DNA of 64,000 nucleotides from a virus (lineage: Duplodnaviria > Caudoviricetes). This document shows, piece by piece, positions 41,535 through 51,102 of this stretch (position 1 is its first letter; each line of letters starts with the position of its first letter). The translations under genes were made by a program, and so were the position numbers. The stretch lies in IMG/VR virus record IMGVR_UViG_3300036770_007283; one strand, written 5' to 3'. The notes below the pieces were generated by a model. It was not told the DNA's origin, searched no databases, and worked only from the letters and a program-made list of their open reading frames with translations.

Positions 41535-42227
41535 CTATAACCATAAAAGTTCAAGGGTAGAGTTGGTTGAGGCAGGTGGACCAGTCACAACAGCCACGCC
41601 AGGATGGTTTTGCGTTGGTTGTTTGGTAGTAAATTTTCCATCAAGACCCACATATAGGGTGGCATTTAAAGCATAATTTTGTCTGGTGTCAAACTGATCG
41701 GTAGCATAAAAGCCTCTATTATAATGAACAGTAACTCTTCCAGTACCAACAGTAGAATCATCACCTGGCTGATTTGCTATACGATATGTGTAATTTACAA
41801 CAACTTTAAAGCCATCCATAATCCCATCATTATTGCTATCATAATTTAAGGGTGTGCCAGGAGGAATAATAACTACACCATTCACTGTATTTAAAATAAC
41901 AGAAATAGTTGAGGTAAAGCTACTTTGAATTATATTTGAAAATTGCAAAAATCCATAGCACTCACTTTTATTAACAACTTGACCATTTTCATCTAGTTCT
42001 GTGCTTGGGGCATTTATTTCAACAACTTCGTCTATTTGATTTTTTGTAAAGGCCTTTGTTCTAACATCATCAATCATTCCAATTGGTGCGGTTCCATCAC
42101 TAACACCACAAACAATGTCATTACCAATAATTTTAAGTTGTGCAATCATCCCTGGTTCAAATTCTGCAGTAGGGTCTAATGGAAAGCTAACAGGTAAGGA
42201 AGTTCCAGTATGTACGATTCTTAACAT
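41535..42227 (-). CDS. Second decoration-like protein, 230 aa
   Basis: FPLDPTAEFEPGMIAQL...DSTVGTGRVTVHYNRGFYATDQFD...LYVGLDGKFTT resembles cement-protein patterns. Confidence 0.5.
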   Translation of the reverse strand: MLRIVHTGTSLPVSFPLDPTAEFEPGMIAQLKIIGNDIVCGVSDGTAPIGMIDDVRTKAFTKNQIDEVVEINAPSTELDENGQVVNKSECYGFLQFSNIIQSSFTSTISVILNTVNGVVIIPPGTPLNYDSNNDGIMDGFKVVVNYTYRIANQPGDDSTVGTGRVTVHYNRGFYATDQFDTRQNYALNATLYVGLDGKFTTKQPTQNHPGVAVVTGPPASTNSTLELLWL

Positions 42228-42252
42228 TTAATCCTCTTATATATAATTAATT

Positions 42253-42280
42253 AAAAGGGGGAGCTTTTACTCCCCCTTCT
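42253..42280 (-). terminator. Rho-independent terminator
   Basis: AAGGGGGAG-TAAAAG-CTCCCCCTTTT on the minus strand. Confidence 0.8.
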
Positions 42281-42304
42281 TTATACGTAAATTATATTAG
42301 ACAA

Positions 42305-42970
42305 TTAGCCTTTTTTGATATTTCTTATGGTGGCTAGAATAACGTCTCCAGTCATTCTGTCGCCTTCTGCATAAGATTCTTTGGCCATCTTTTTAAGTCC
42401 AACAATAACTTGCTCTTGCTGCGCAGCTTTAAAAATTGCTTCCTCTTTGATTTCTTTTGCGGTTGCCAATACCATATCGGCAGCAAAACCTTTTCCATCA
42501 ACTCTGAGGTCTTTTGCAATTTTTGAAAGTTCAGCTAAGACATAAGATGATTTTGCATCTAGTGCTGGGGACATAGGATGTGCAGGCATGTTTGGTTTGG
42601 CATCTTTTGCATAAGAACCATCACCGCAGTTGGAGCAACCATCTTTAGCCTTACAGTCATAAGCCATATCATGAACTTTATTACAATTTGGACAAGATTT
42701 TTCGTCCTTGGCCATACAATCATAAGCCATGTCATGGACTTTATTGCACTTAGCGCATTTATCATCTTTGATATAAGACTTAAGCTGATCTAATACCTGG
42801 TCCATACTTCTATTTACGTCTGGACCAGTATCCTTATTGTCTTTGACCAAAAAGTCACTGGCTTTAAAGTCTTTAGCTTCCGATGCTTTTTTCTTTAGGC
42901 TGTTGAGTTGTTCCATAGTTTTTTTAAAACTTTTGGCCAACTCATCACCAGCGTATTTGTTTCCAAACAT
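42305..42970 (-). CDS. Head-module protein with tandem Cys/His repeats, 221 aa
   Basis: AGGAG RBS; two CxxCNKVHDMAYDC units; two copies of the helical module. Confidence 0.75.
   Translation of the reverse strand: MFGNKYAGDELAKSFKKTMEQLNSLKKKASEAKDFKASDFLVKDNKDTGPDVNRSMDQVLDQLKSYIKDDKCAKCNKVHDMAYDCMAKDEKSCPNCNKVHDMAYDCKAKDGCSNCGDGSYAKDAKPNMPAHPMSPALDAKSSYVLAELSKIAKDLRVDGKGFAADMVLATAKEIKEEAIFKAAQQEQVIVGLKKMAKESYAEGDRMTGDVILATIRNIKKG
42640..42770 (-). repeat. 63-nt (21-aa) tandem repeat CxxCNKVHDMAYDCxAKD
   Basis: cataagccat recurs at 42658 and 42721, and the translated units are nearly identical. Confidence 0.85.
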
Positions 42971-42979
42971 TGTAACTCC

Positions 42980-45900
42980 TTATTCCCAAAGAGAAGCTAA
43001 AGTTTTTGCATCAAGTTTGCCACTCTTCTGGCTTGACTGTTCACCATCTTCAGTTAATCCAATATTTAGACCAGAAACATCTGCGGCAACCTTTACCTGT
43101 GAAGAACCCTGGAAATTTGCAACGCTTCTTTTGAAAGCTTCGAAGGCTTTATCATCAAACTCCATCATAACATCAACTTGTCTATCAAGAGCTGGTCTGG
43201 ATGGGGCAAGCATTCCTTTTCTCTGCATTTCCATGGCAACATTGTAAGCTCTACGTAGCTTGATTCTGTAAGCCTCTCTTTCTTCTTCGGCTTTCTTATT
43301 CATGAAAGCTTCGGACATTCTAGCTTCTACCTTGCTAACCATACTGTGTGGATCTTTTGAATCTTTTGCTTCATTCATTTTTCCATGTGATTCACCTTCA
43401 GCAACGTGTCTTGCTGCGCTGGAATAATCATCGTGTAGTGAAACTTCTTCATTTCCTACACTTGGTGAAGATAGGTTACCAGTAGGTGCTTTTTCTGCAA
43501 TGGCTCTTGCATCGGTCTTGGTTACGCCAGAGATTGGAGCATTTTCCATCATGCCTTCGCCATCATGTGCTTCATTTTCTGCGGAAGCTTTCTTGCCCTT
43601 AGCCTTTGGCTCTGGTTCAGACTTGGATTTTGCCTTTGCTTTTGGCTTGACATCTTCCTCTGCTTCTTCCATTTTCTTGCCTTTGGCCTTGGACTTACCC
43701 TTCATTTCTTTTTCAACCATTTTCTTGCGAGCTTCTTTCAAGATTGCAAAGCGGCGTTGTTGTCTTAGCTCTAAGGCGCTAGCAACTAGTTCTGATTCTT
43801 CAGTGGCTACTGTGGCAGTCTTTTCTACTTGTGCTGAAGCAACCTTCTGTGATGAATCTTTTTGGCTTGATGATTTCTTTACCATAGCATCTGATAAAGT
43901 GTTAGCCATGCTAACAAGTGAACGGGCTTGTCCAACGATGGTGCTATAATCATTTAAAGCATCAGAAGCAAGAACGTGAAGTTCTTTCTTTTGAGTTGGG
44001 GTTAGAACAGAATATCTGTCGTAAGTTTCACTTAGAAGTGCAAGCTCATCAGCAGACTCTTGTGATTCTGCAAGTGCAATCTTTAATTCGTTAACAAGTT
44101 TTCTTGATAAAGAAACCATCTTATCAGCGCTTTCTGATTCCTTGCTCTCGCCAAGGCTTTCACCGACGTTAACATTGACATCAACCTTGTCACCCTTGCC
44201 AACAAGCTTCTGTACTGCATCTCTGATCTCAGATGATTTTTCTTCAATATCATCTAGAGCATCATTGATAACTTGCTGTGGTGAGGTTTCTTCTTCCTCG
44301 GCACTTGGCTCGCCGCCTGCTTCACCGCCGAGTCCAAGGTCGTCCATGCCCATTCCCATGCCCATATCACCGGCTGGTGGTGGCATTGGGGCACCTGCGG
44401 GGGCTGGTGGTGCTGGAGGTGGAGGAGGTGCTGCCTGTGCAGTCTTGGTTAGTAGCTTGCCAACGTACTCAAGGCCATTTTGACGAATCTGGGCTACAAC
44501 TTCGCGTGCATAATCTTTGCTGGTAATCCAATCCCAATTTTCATTTAGCTTAGGACCGAAAATATCTTTTGCGGTGGCGGCAATAACTAGCTTGTTACCA
44601 GAGTAAACTTCAAAACAAGAAGCGGCTTTGTTAATGCTTCCATCAGCGGCTACCTTTTGCTTAAACTTGGTAGAAAGTGTTGGGCCATTGTACTTGGCTC
44701 TCTTGAGGTGTTCTTTTACTTTTTCATCACCTGGGAACATACCCTTCTCACCACCCATTGACTTGGTTTGGTGCATTTGCTTATCATTTTCCCAGAACTT
44801 GTGATAGTCTTGTGATTTGAAGGTTGATGGTTCTGGAGCAGAATCAGAACCGCCTTGGAAGTAAGCAATCTTCTTTCCATCAAGATTGGATTGAGCTCTA
44901 AGTAACTTTTCTTTTAGCTCTTTATCTTTTGGAAACATTCCTTTGTCGCCGCCCATGGAAGCATCTTGCTCCATCTGCTTGTCATGTTCACGGACTTGCT
45001 TATAATCCTGTGACTTAAAGGTTGCTGGTTCGATTTCTTTGCCTTCGCCGCCCTGTGGATAGGCTAAGCGGCGGCGAAGTGCTGCACGTTTACGTAGTCT
45101 AGACTCGTTCATTATTTCCTCCATTATGGAATTTATTTTATCTAAGTTATTTAATTTCGAAGTTACAGCTGGAAGTGGACTCACACCAAGTAAATCATCT
45201 GTATTATTAAAAGGATCTTCTGTTTCATTATTACCAGCAATTAATGCACCTGCTGCGCCATTGCTAGCAAAATCTAAGCCTGGCTTTACTTCTGGAATAG
45301 ATTCGCCGCTAGTAGCAGATTCTTGCTGTGGTGGTTTTTCACCTGCTCCAGCCAAGATATCTTTAATTGCTTTTTTAAGTGCAGGATCATCTATATTTTC
45401 TGCAACAGCCCTTGCCGCATCAGGATTTTGTGAAATATCTCCTATTGCTTCTGCAACATTTCTAAGATCAGTTGGGTTTACAGAAGGCACATCTACCCTA
45501 GCTACCTTTGTAAAACCATTGGTGTTGAGATATCCACGAATAATTCTTTCGCGCTGATCTAAAGAACAACCATTAGGTCCACAAACAGAGTTTAATAAAA
45601 TATCTAAATCATTTGCAGTTTCTACAGAAAGATCTTTTAACATAGTATTGGTATCAAAACCATAAGACTTAAGTTCTTCATCATGCTTTTTAATTGAAGC
45701 AAAGCAGCGCAATAAAATAGCGCCAGGTTCTGCTGGCTGAACTACCAAGCTGTATTCGATAGGATTTAAGCCAACGTTAATTTCACCCCAAGCCTGTTTG
45801 TTGGTAATATGATTGCAATATTCCTTAGGTGTAGTGGCTTTTTGACCGCATTCTGTACAGATAGAAGTAGAAACTGCGGTACCCATAGAGCCATAACGTA

Positions 45901-46426
45901 CAATTCCAGTCATTACTTTTCTAGCAAGATCAGGATAATTTACCTTATCTAAGGCACACAATCCAACTACTTGCTTTCTTCTTTCATCATAATAAGTATC
46001 TAAAATAATTCCACGAACTCCATCCACGGAGTCAGATTTATGATCTACACAGAGTGGTCTACCAATCCAACTTCTCGCTGCCTTCTTTAATTCAGACTCT
46101 GGAAAAATATCGGAATTATTATTTTTATGTGGTTTGACATTTCCATGCCATTTCCATTTTTCATCAAAGTATCCCCAGGCATTTTCTTTACCAACCTTCT
46201 TTAAATTTCCATAATCATCAATGGTTGCAGCTTCAGCAGCCTTTAAAAAGATAATTGAAAAATAAAGAAAGTCATCAGAGCGTGGAGCTATTGCCCTAAC
46301 AGTTTGTGCAAACTTATTGAGCCTTTCAGTTATTTCTGGACTGGCAAGATTTTCAAATTCGTGTTGTTCAAGTTTTTTAACAACACTCTCGTCAGCATAG
46401 CCTATTTTAATAAAATTTTGTGACAT
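42980..46426 (-). CDS. Prohead protease (HK97/herpes fold) fused to a long scaffold-like region, about 1148 aa
   Basis: DIFPESEL, LCVDH (His), YGSMG (Ser), CTEC...CNH and EYSLVVQPAEPGA motifs, followed by a long acidic/helical C-terminus. ATG 46426 is preferred over the TTG at 46444. Confidence 0.85.
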   Translation of the reverse strand: MSQNFIKIGYADESVVKKLEQHEFENLASPEITERLNKFAQTVRAIAPRSDDFLYFSIIFLKAAEAATIDDYGNLKKVGKENAWGYFDEKWKWHGNVKPHKNNNSDIFPESELKKAARSWIGRPLCVDHKSDSVDGVRGIILDTYYDERRKQVVGLCALDKVNYPDLARKVMTGIVRYGSMGTAVSTSICTECGQKATTPKEYCNHITNKQAWGEINVGLNPIEYSLVVQPAEPGAILLRCFASIKKHDEELKSYGFDTNTMLKDLSVETANDLDILLNSVCGPNGCSLDQRERIIRGYLNTNGFTKVARVDVPSVNPTDLRNVAEAIGDISQNPDAARAVAENIDDPALKKAIKDILAGAGEKPPQQESATSGESIPEVKPGLDFASNGAAGALIAGNNETEDPFNNTDDLLGVSPLPAVTSKLNNLDKINSIMEEIMNESRLRKRAALRRRLAYPQGGEGKEIEPATFKSQDYKQVREHDKQMEQDASMGGDKGMFPKDKELKEKLLRAQSNLDGKKIAYFQGGSDSAPEPSTFKSQDYHKFWENDKQMHQTKSMGGEKGMFPGDEKVKEHLKRAKYNGPTLSTKFKQKVAADGSINKAASCFEVYSGNKLVIAATAKDIFGPKLNENWDWITSKDYAREVVAQIRQNGLEYVGKLLTKTAQAAPPPPPAPPAPAGAPMPPPAGDMGMGMGMDDLGLGGEAGGEPSAEEEETSPQQVINDALDDIEEKSSEIRDAVQKLVGKGDKVDVNVNVGESLGESKESESADKMVSLSRKLVNELKIALAESQESADELALLSETYDRYSVLTPTQKKELHVLASDALNDYSTIVGQARSLVSMANTLSDAMVKKSSSQKDSSQKVASAQVEKTATVATEESELVASALELRQQRRFAILKEARKKMVEKEMKGKSKAKGKKMEEAEEDVKPKAKAKSKSEPEPKAKGKKASAENEAHDGEGMMENAPISGVTKTDARAIAEKAPTGNLSSPSVGNEEVSLHDDYSSAARHVAEGESHGKMNEAKDSKDPHSMVSKVEARMSEAFMNKKAEEEREAYRIKLRRAYNVAMEMQRKGMLAPSRPALDRQVDVMMEFDDKAFEAFKRSVANFQGSSQVKVAADVSGLNIGLTEDGEQSSQKSGKLDAKTLASLWE
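44696..45061 (-). repeat. Two 56-aa direct repeats inside the protease-scaffold gene
   Basis: 45061-44894 (YPQGG..EPATFKSQDY..DKQM..SMGGDKGMFPKD..LLRA) and 44863-44696 (YFQGG..EPSTFKSQDY..DKQM..SMGGEKGMFPGD..LKRA) are each 168 nt. Confidence 0.9.
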
Positions 46427-46488
46427 TATATACCTTAAATTCAAAATATTATTTTCTTATTAGTTGTTTTAAAATTTTGTGTAAAAAA

Positions 46489-48330
46489 TTAATTAATCAA
46501 AGTATCTAAACCTAAAATTTCTTTATTAATATACTGAATAGTATTTTTAATAGAAGTATCTAGGTCTTGAGATGAATTTTCATATTTACCCATTAGATCA
46601 GTTAGTTTTTGCAAAAATTCAGGTTCCGCAGTTGATAATTTAAATATATCATTTACAATATCATTGTTTGATTTTAAAGAACCAAGAATAGATTGAATTT
46701 TTGGTTCAGTAGTGGAGACATCTTTAATATCTCTACTTGATAATAATTCTAAAGTTTTTTGAAGATTAGTAATCATATCATACAATCTTTTACTATTTCT
46801 TTCTACAGACTCTGTATACTGACCACCAGTATTCTTTATTACGCCTGGATCTTGAATCTTTTTATACTCTTCTAAATTCTGAGTTAAAAATTCTTTAAAT
46901 TTATTAAAATTATGAATAGATTTTTTAAGATTATCACGAATTTCTTCTGCGGTCTGGGTCACCTTGTTAGAAACTGGCGAGGTTGTAGAGCTGTAAGCCC
47001 TTTTGAGTAAACTTTCATCAGAAAAAATTTTAATATTTTTATTTCCATATTTTGCTCTAATTATTTTAACAATATTATACTCATCAGAGTCGTTAGGCAA
47101 ATTAATTAATTCAAAATTAAAATCATCACCAGTTTGCATCTTAAACCTGCTGGCGATTAATTTCTTAAATAAATCAGTATTTTTAAACCTTGTAGCAACA
47201 ACAACCTTGCAGTCTTTTTCATAATTAGCCCTTCTAACCTCATTAAACATCTTAAAGCAATCTTCCTTAACTTCATCTGAGTTTAAAAAATTAACAAAGC
47301 TTCTATTAAAGCTGGGAAAAATTGACTCATTGTCTTGGATGTTTTTTAAATCTTTGATATGAAAATCTCTATAAATTTCTTTTCCAAAAGCAGATTTTAA
47401 AATTGAAGTGGCTGTTCCATCCAAATTTACATAAGGTGTATTAAAATCATTAGATTCGATTGTTTTATAAACTCTAATCATTGGAGACTTTTCTATCAAG
47501 CCATCAAAATCAAAGGCATATATATTTTTAATATATTCTGGTTTGTTATTTAAAACAATCTTTGAGATATAGTTAGACTTTTTTGCAGTCTTGTGTAATT
47601 TGTTTGATATATTTAAAATTATAAAATTATTCCATTTATAAATGTTATCAGGAAGTATGGAAGAATATTTAACAATGATATCCTTATCATTACCTATATG
47701 TTTGGATACTTTATTTAATTTATTTACTCCAGGAATATGTGATTCCTCACCCTTTTTAATATCAACAATGCATCCCGTACTAATCCCAAGTCTTTGAGAT
47801 AATCCACCACAAATCTCCAAAACATTTTTGACGCCAGAGCAAGAAAATGTGCCTAAAGTATTGGGCTGAATATTCTTGCAAATTTTTTTAATTTTATTAT
47901 CTTCATCAACAAAGATAATGTCAATTGCAAACTTTACAGTCCCCATATGATAAATTACATCTTCTGGACGTGTATACTCAAATAATAGTCCAGCACTTTC
48001 TTGCAACGAATCATATCTTTGTAGTCCGGCCACTTTATCTTGAAAATCTTTGGCTATATCACAAGAAAAATTTGCTATTAAATCTTCATCGTTAATAATT
48101 TCAATGCTAGCCTTATTTTTTTTGTCTTTAGAATAAGATATATTTTCCACCGGACTTGTTACTCCATTTTCATGCTTAATTGGCTCAACTTCTTCGCTTA
48201 AATATTTGTAAGGCGTTAAGCTATCTAGCCGCTCTTGCGTATTTATTTCTTTTGTTGGTTCCTTGTAGCTAGAATTATTTCCCATCTCATATTCAGTAGA
48301 TAAGATCCACGGCCATGCTTTTTTATCCAT
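46489..48330 (-). CDS. Multidomain protein: DUF192-like domain + HAD-motif region + coiled coil, 613 aa
   Basis: IAKDFQDKVAGLQRYDSL..AGLLFEY..YHMGTVKFAIDIIFVDED..NVLEICGG is DUF192-like. YAFDFDGLI at about residue 274 resembles HAD motif I. Confidence 0.65.
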   Translation of the reverse strand: MDKKAWPWILSTEYEMGNNSSYKEPTKEINTQERLDSLTPYKYLSEEVEPIKHENGVTSPVENISYSKDKKNKASIEIINDEDLIANFSCDIAKDFQDKVAGLQRYDSLQESAGLLFEYTRPEDVIYHMGTVKFAIDIIFVDEDNKIKKICKNIQPNTLGTFSCSGVKNVLEICGGLSQRLGISTGCIVDIKKGEESHIPGVNKLNKVSKHIGNDKDIIVKYSSILPDNIYKWNNFIILNISNKLHKTAKKSNYISKIVLNNKPEYIKNIYAFDFDGLIEKSPMIRVYKTIESNDFNTPYVNLDGTATSILKSAFGKEIYRDFHIKDLKNIQDNESIFPSFNRSFVNFLNSDEVKEDCFKMFNEVRRANYEKDCKVVVATRFKNTDLFKKLIASRFKMQTGDDFNFELINLPNDSDEYNIVKIIRAKYGNKNIKIFSDESLLKRAYSSTTSPVSNKVTQTAEEIRDNLKKSIHNFNKFKEFLTQNLEEYKKIQDPGVIKNTGGQYTESVERNSKRLYDMITNLQKTLELLSSRDIKDVSTTEPKIQSILGSLKSNNDIVNDIFKLSTAEPEFLQKLTDLMGKYENSSQDLDTSIKNTIQYINKEILGLDTLIN

Positions 48331-48617
48331 TAAAGCACCTTTAATAATTCATTTATTACTGATTTAATAAAAAATGGATCACGACCATTTAATATGTTTT
48401 TAATCAAGCTGATACTAACACCAATAGATGAACCGCCTGGTTGTTTTTTGCTAGACATCTCTGTAACTGGTAGTCGATTAATTTTATTTCTCAAATTAGG
48501 GTAGGCTCTCTGCCTTGATTCTAAAGACATTCTACCTACCATTACGTCTATAATGTCCCTAATTTGCTCTGCAACAAACTTAGGATTTTCTGGAAATCCT
48601 CTAGCTTCTTTTTTCAT
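48330..48617 (-). CDS. Small head-module protein, 95 aa
   Basis: Coupled ORF starting MKKEA; conserved-looking KQPGGSSIGVSISLIKNIL. Confidence 0.7.
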   Translation of the reverse strand: MKKEARGFPENPKFVAEQIRDIIDVMVGRMSLESRQRAYPNLRNKINRLPVTEMSSKKQPGGSSIGVSISLIKNILNGRDPFFIKSVINELLKVL

Positions 48618-49142
48618 TTACAACTCCGAAAGATACTGACCGGCTCTATGTAATGCTTTTTTATAAGCTGATTCTTTGGAAAGATTAAGATCTTTATTCT
48701 TGTTATATTCTAGAACAATAGTTCTGGAATATATCTTGGATAATTTTTTAATAATATCATTGGTGTTTGGAACATCAGATAACTTTACTTTTAAAATTAA
48801 GGAATTAAAAAGTACGGTAGGATCTTCATCACGAACTTGGGCAAATTTTTTAATTAAAACATCTGCAAAATCAGCTAAATAATATTCACCAGAATTATCT
48901 AATTCATTGCCAATAACAACTAGCGCATCAAAAAGCCTATTTACTGATGTTTTATCTAATAGATTTTTTTCTGCGTCTAATTCATCTGGATTGACTGCAT
49001 CAAATTCTTCCACCATCTCTACACCAGTTATAAAGCCCCTGGCACCTTTTTCTGAACCAACACCTTCCACCAAATCATTAGAAGGGCCTGTCTCCACAGG
49101 CTCTTCGCCTACTGGCGCATTGCTGTAGGCAATCCGCCTCAT
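48618..49142 (-). CDS. Head-module protein, 174 aa
   Basis: Coupled ORF starting MRRIA; carries the helical module. Confidence 0.7.
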   Translation of the reverse strand: MRRIAYSNAPVGEEPVETGPSNDLVEGVGSEKGARGFITGVEMVEEFDAVNPDELDAEKNLLDKTSVNRLFDALVVIGNELDNSGEYYLADFADVLIKKFAQVRDEDPTVLFNSLILKVKLSDVPNTNDIIKKLSKIYSRTIVLEYNKNKDLNLSKESAYKKALHRAGQYLSEL

Positions 49143-49327
49143 TTTTTCTTACCAAAATTAGGATCAGAAACAATATCTGACACAGAAGCCGGTTTATATC
49201 CTTTTTCTAACTTCTTTTTTCCGCTTACAATATCAGAAGAAGTAACGGTTTCACCACTAGGATTTCTATATAATGGCTGTACGGAAGAAACTTGTGCTTG
49301 CTTTTTTATTTTATATTTTGTGGACAT
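49139..49327 (-). CDS. Small head-module protein, 62 aa
   Basis: After the portal gene; AGGG RBS; IKKQAQ motif. Confidence 0.6.
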   Translation of the reverse strand: MSTKYKIKKQAQVSSVQPLYRNPSGETVTSSDIVSGKKKLEKGYKPASVSDIVSDPNFGKKK

Positions 49328-49366
49328 AAAAACCCCTAAAATAAGATTTTAAAATTACCAGATTCT

Positions 49367-51094
49367 TTATCCCGGTGGTCCACCGGGAGGCCCGCCAGGC
49401 CCGCCAGGGCCACCGCCTGGAGGCCCAGGCATCTCTAGGCCCGGTAGGCCACCACCGCCGCCTGGAGGCCCGCCGCCGCCATCCCCGCCGCCCACAGCGG
49501 TATCTGCCGCTTCGGGTATGACGCTATCAATGTTTAGACCCTCAAGCTCTCGAAGGCGCATGGCTTGTAGTGCCTCCAATTCCTTCATCTTAATAACATC
49601 ATGAATGGCTTCTTCTTTTAATCTTCTTCTTTCTTCATCATAGCTTAAACCAAGACTTCGATACAAGGTTTGCAATGAAACTTGCTTATTAGATACGAAA
49701 TTACCAATATTTTGAATATAGTCATTCATATCATATAAGTTCATATGGTTAAAGTCTACAGTGGGAACTTGTAAAACTTTTTGACCATCTTTATAATTAA
49801 AGAAATCTTGAATCTCTGCAATTGGAGCAAAGATTTTTTGTTCCAACCATTTCTTAATCATGTTTCTAAAAATATCATATCTCTGTCTTAAAACTTCTAA
49901 ACCAATAGACGAGTTTGAATAAGTTACAGATTCTTGATCCATTAAGGATTTTGGAACCATTAAGCCAGTATAGATATTGCTTAAAATATGTTCAATATCA
50001 GTATTTATTTCTAGAATAGATCCGCTAAAACCAATCCTTTCAATGGTTACGCCATCGTGTGTTACAATCTTAAAGTCTTTATCATACTGCGCTTCTTCTA
50101 GTGCAATACGCATGGCTTCAATGTCAGATTGTGTTGGTCTATACTCATTGCCGCCTAACTTGACTAATGTTAATGGATTAACCATGCCGTCAGCCTGAGC
50201 AAACTTTGACTCACGTAATTTATCATAAAGCATTAAGTCCTTATAGGTAGATACAATAACGGAAGTACCTCTAGTATCATAGGGTGAACTTAAAAGCTTT
50301 AAGTGTGAAACGTTTATATTGTCTAAGGGTATAGTTTGACCTTTCTTGACAGCATCTATAATATGTGGTGGAAGTCTTTTCTTTAATGCAATATCAGTTG
50401 GAGAATTAGAATTAACCAATCTTTGCAAGGTTGCATCTGGCTTTAAAGAAATAATAACCTGATCGCCAATAGCGGCCTTTTTAACATGTACATAATCTGG
50501 ATTTAAAATAGTGACCCTTTTCCAGGTTCCGGTTTCACGATCTAATTCTGCATAGGGGAAAACCTCCCCCAACTTCCAGAACTCCAATGAGACACCATAG
50601 ACAATGGAGTATAGATCTATTTTTTCTGCCATCTGAAGGAAAAATTCTTGAATTTCCTTTACAGGATGAACAATATTAATTTTGCTGATAGGATAGCTAG
50701 CATGTAAGTTAATTGCATTTCTGACTAGTGGGTGAGTATCGTAGAAAATTCTATTCCAAGCATTCATAGTTACCCTATCTCTGGGTAAGTTTAAGTTTGC
50801 CAGCTGGAATAAGGGTGAATAAACTTCTGGACCCATCATATCTGTAAGGCCACGTGTGGTAGGTAAAGTAGCCGGGCCAACGGTTGCTCGCTTAGTCATT
50901 GCCATTTTGTAAGCAGAGCTATGAAGAATAGAAGCGGTGGGCTTACTATCTTCCTCGCCAGTCATTTTTTTGCTTTCTGCATCTTGTATCTGCGCTCTTC
51001 GTACATCAGAAAGCTTCTTTAATCCACCGTTGGAAAGTGAATTTTGTACGGCTTCCGCAGTAAGGTTTTGCGGACGATTTACTCTTATACTCAT
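49367..51094 (-). CDS. Portal protein with a Gly/Pro-rich C-terminal tail, 575 aa
   Basis: Immediately follows TerL. RIFYDTHPLVRNAINLHASYP, LEFWKLGEVFPY, ILNPDYV and IYTGLMVPKSLM are portal-like. Confidence 0.88.
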   Translation of the reverse strand: MSIRVNRPQNLTAEAVQNSLSNGGLKKLSDVRRAQIQDAESKKMTGEEDSKPTASILHSSAYKMAMTKRATVGPATLPTTRGLTDMMGPEVYSPLFQLANLNLPRDRVTMNAWNRIFYDTHPLVRNAINLHASYPISKINIVHPVKEIQEFFLQMAEKIDLYSIVYGVSLEFWKLGEVFPYAELDRETGTWKRVTILNPDYVHVKKAAIGDQVIISLKPDATLQRLVNSNSPTDIALKKRLPPHIIDAVKKGQTIPLDNINVSHLKLLSSPYDTRGTSVIVSTYKDLMLYDKLRESKFAQADGMVNPLTLVKLGGNEYRPTQSDIEAMRIALEEAQYDKDFKIVTHDGVTIERIGFSGSILEINTDIEHILSNIYTGLMVPKSLMDQESVTYSNSSIGLEVLRQRYDIFRNMIKKWLEQKIFAPIAEIQDFFNYKDGQKVLQVPTVDFNHMNLYDMNDYIQNIGNFVSNKQVSLQTLYRSLGLSYDEERRRLKEEAIHDVIKMKELEALQAMRLRELEGLNIDSVIPEAADTAVGGGDGGGGPPGGGGGLPGLEMPGPPGGGPGGPGGPPGGPPG

Positions 51095-51102
51095 TTATAA
51101 CC

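Noticed and set aside
42291-42300. CTAATATAAT as another late promoter
   Set aside because: It lies directly upstream of a terminator hairpin, so a transcript would end at once.
42559-42765. Nested minus-strand 68-aa ORF with repeated FMxWLM
   Set aside because: It is an alternate-frame reading of the 63-nt repeat in 42305..42970.
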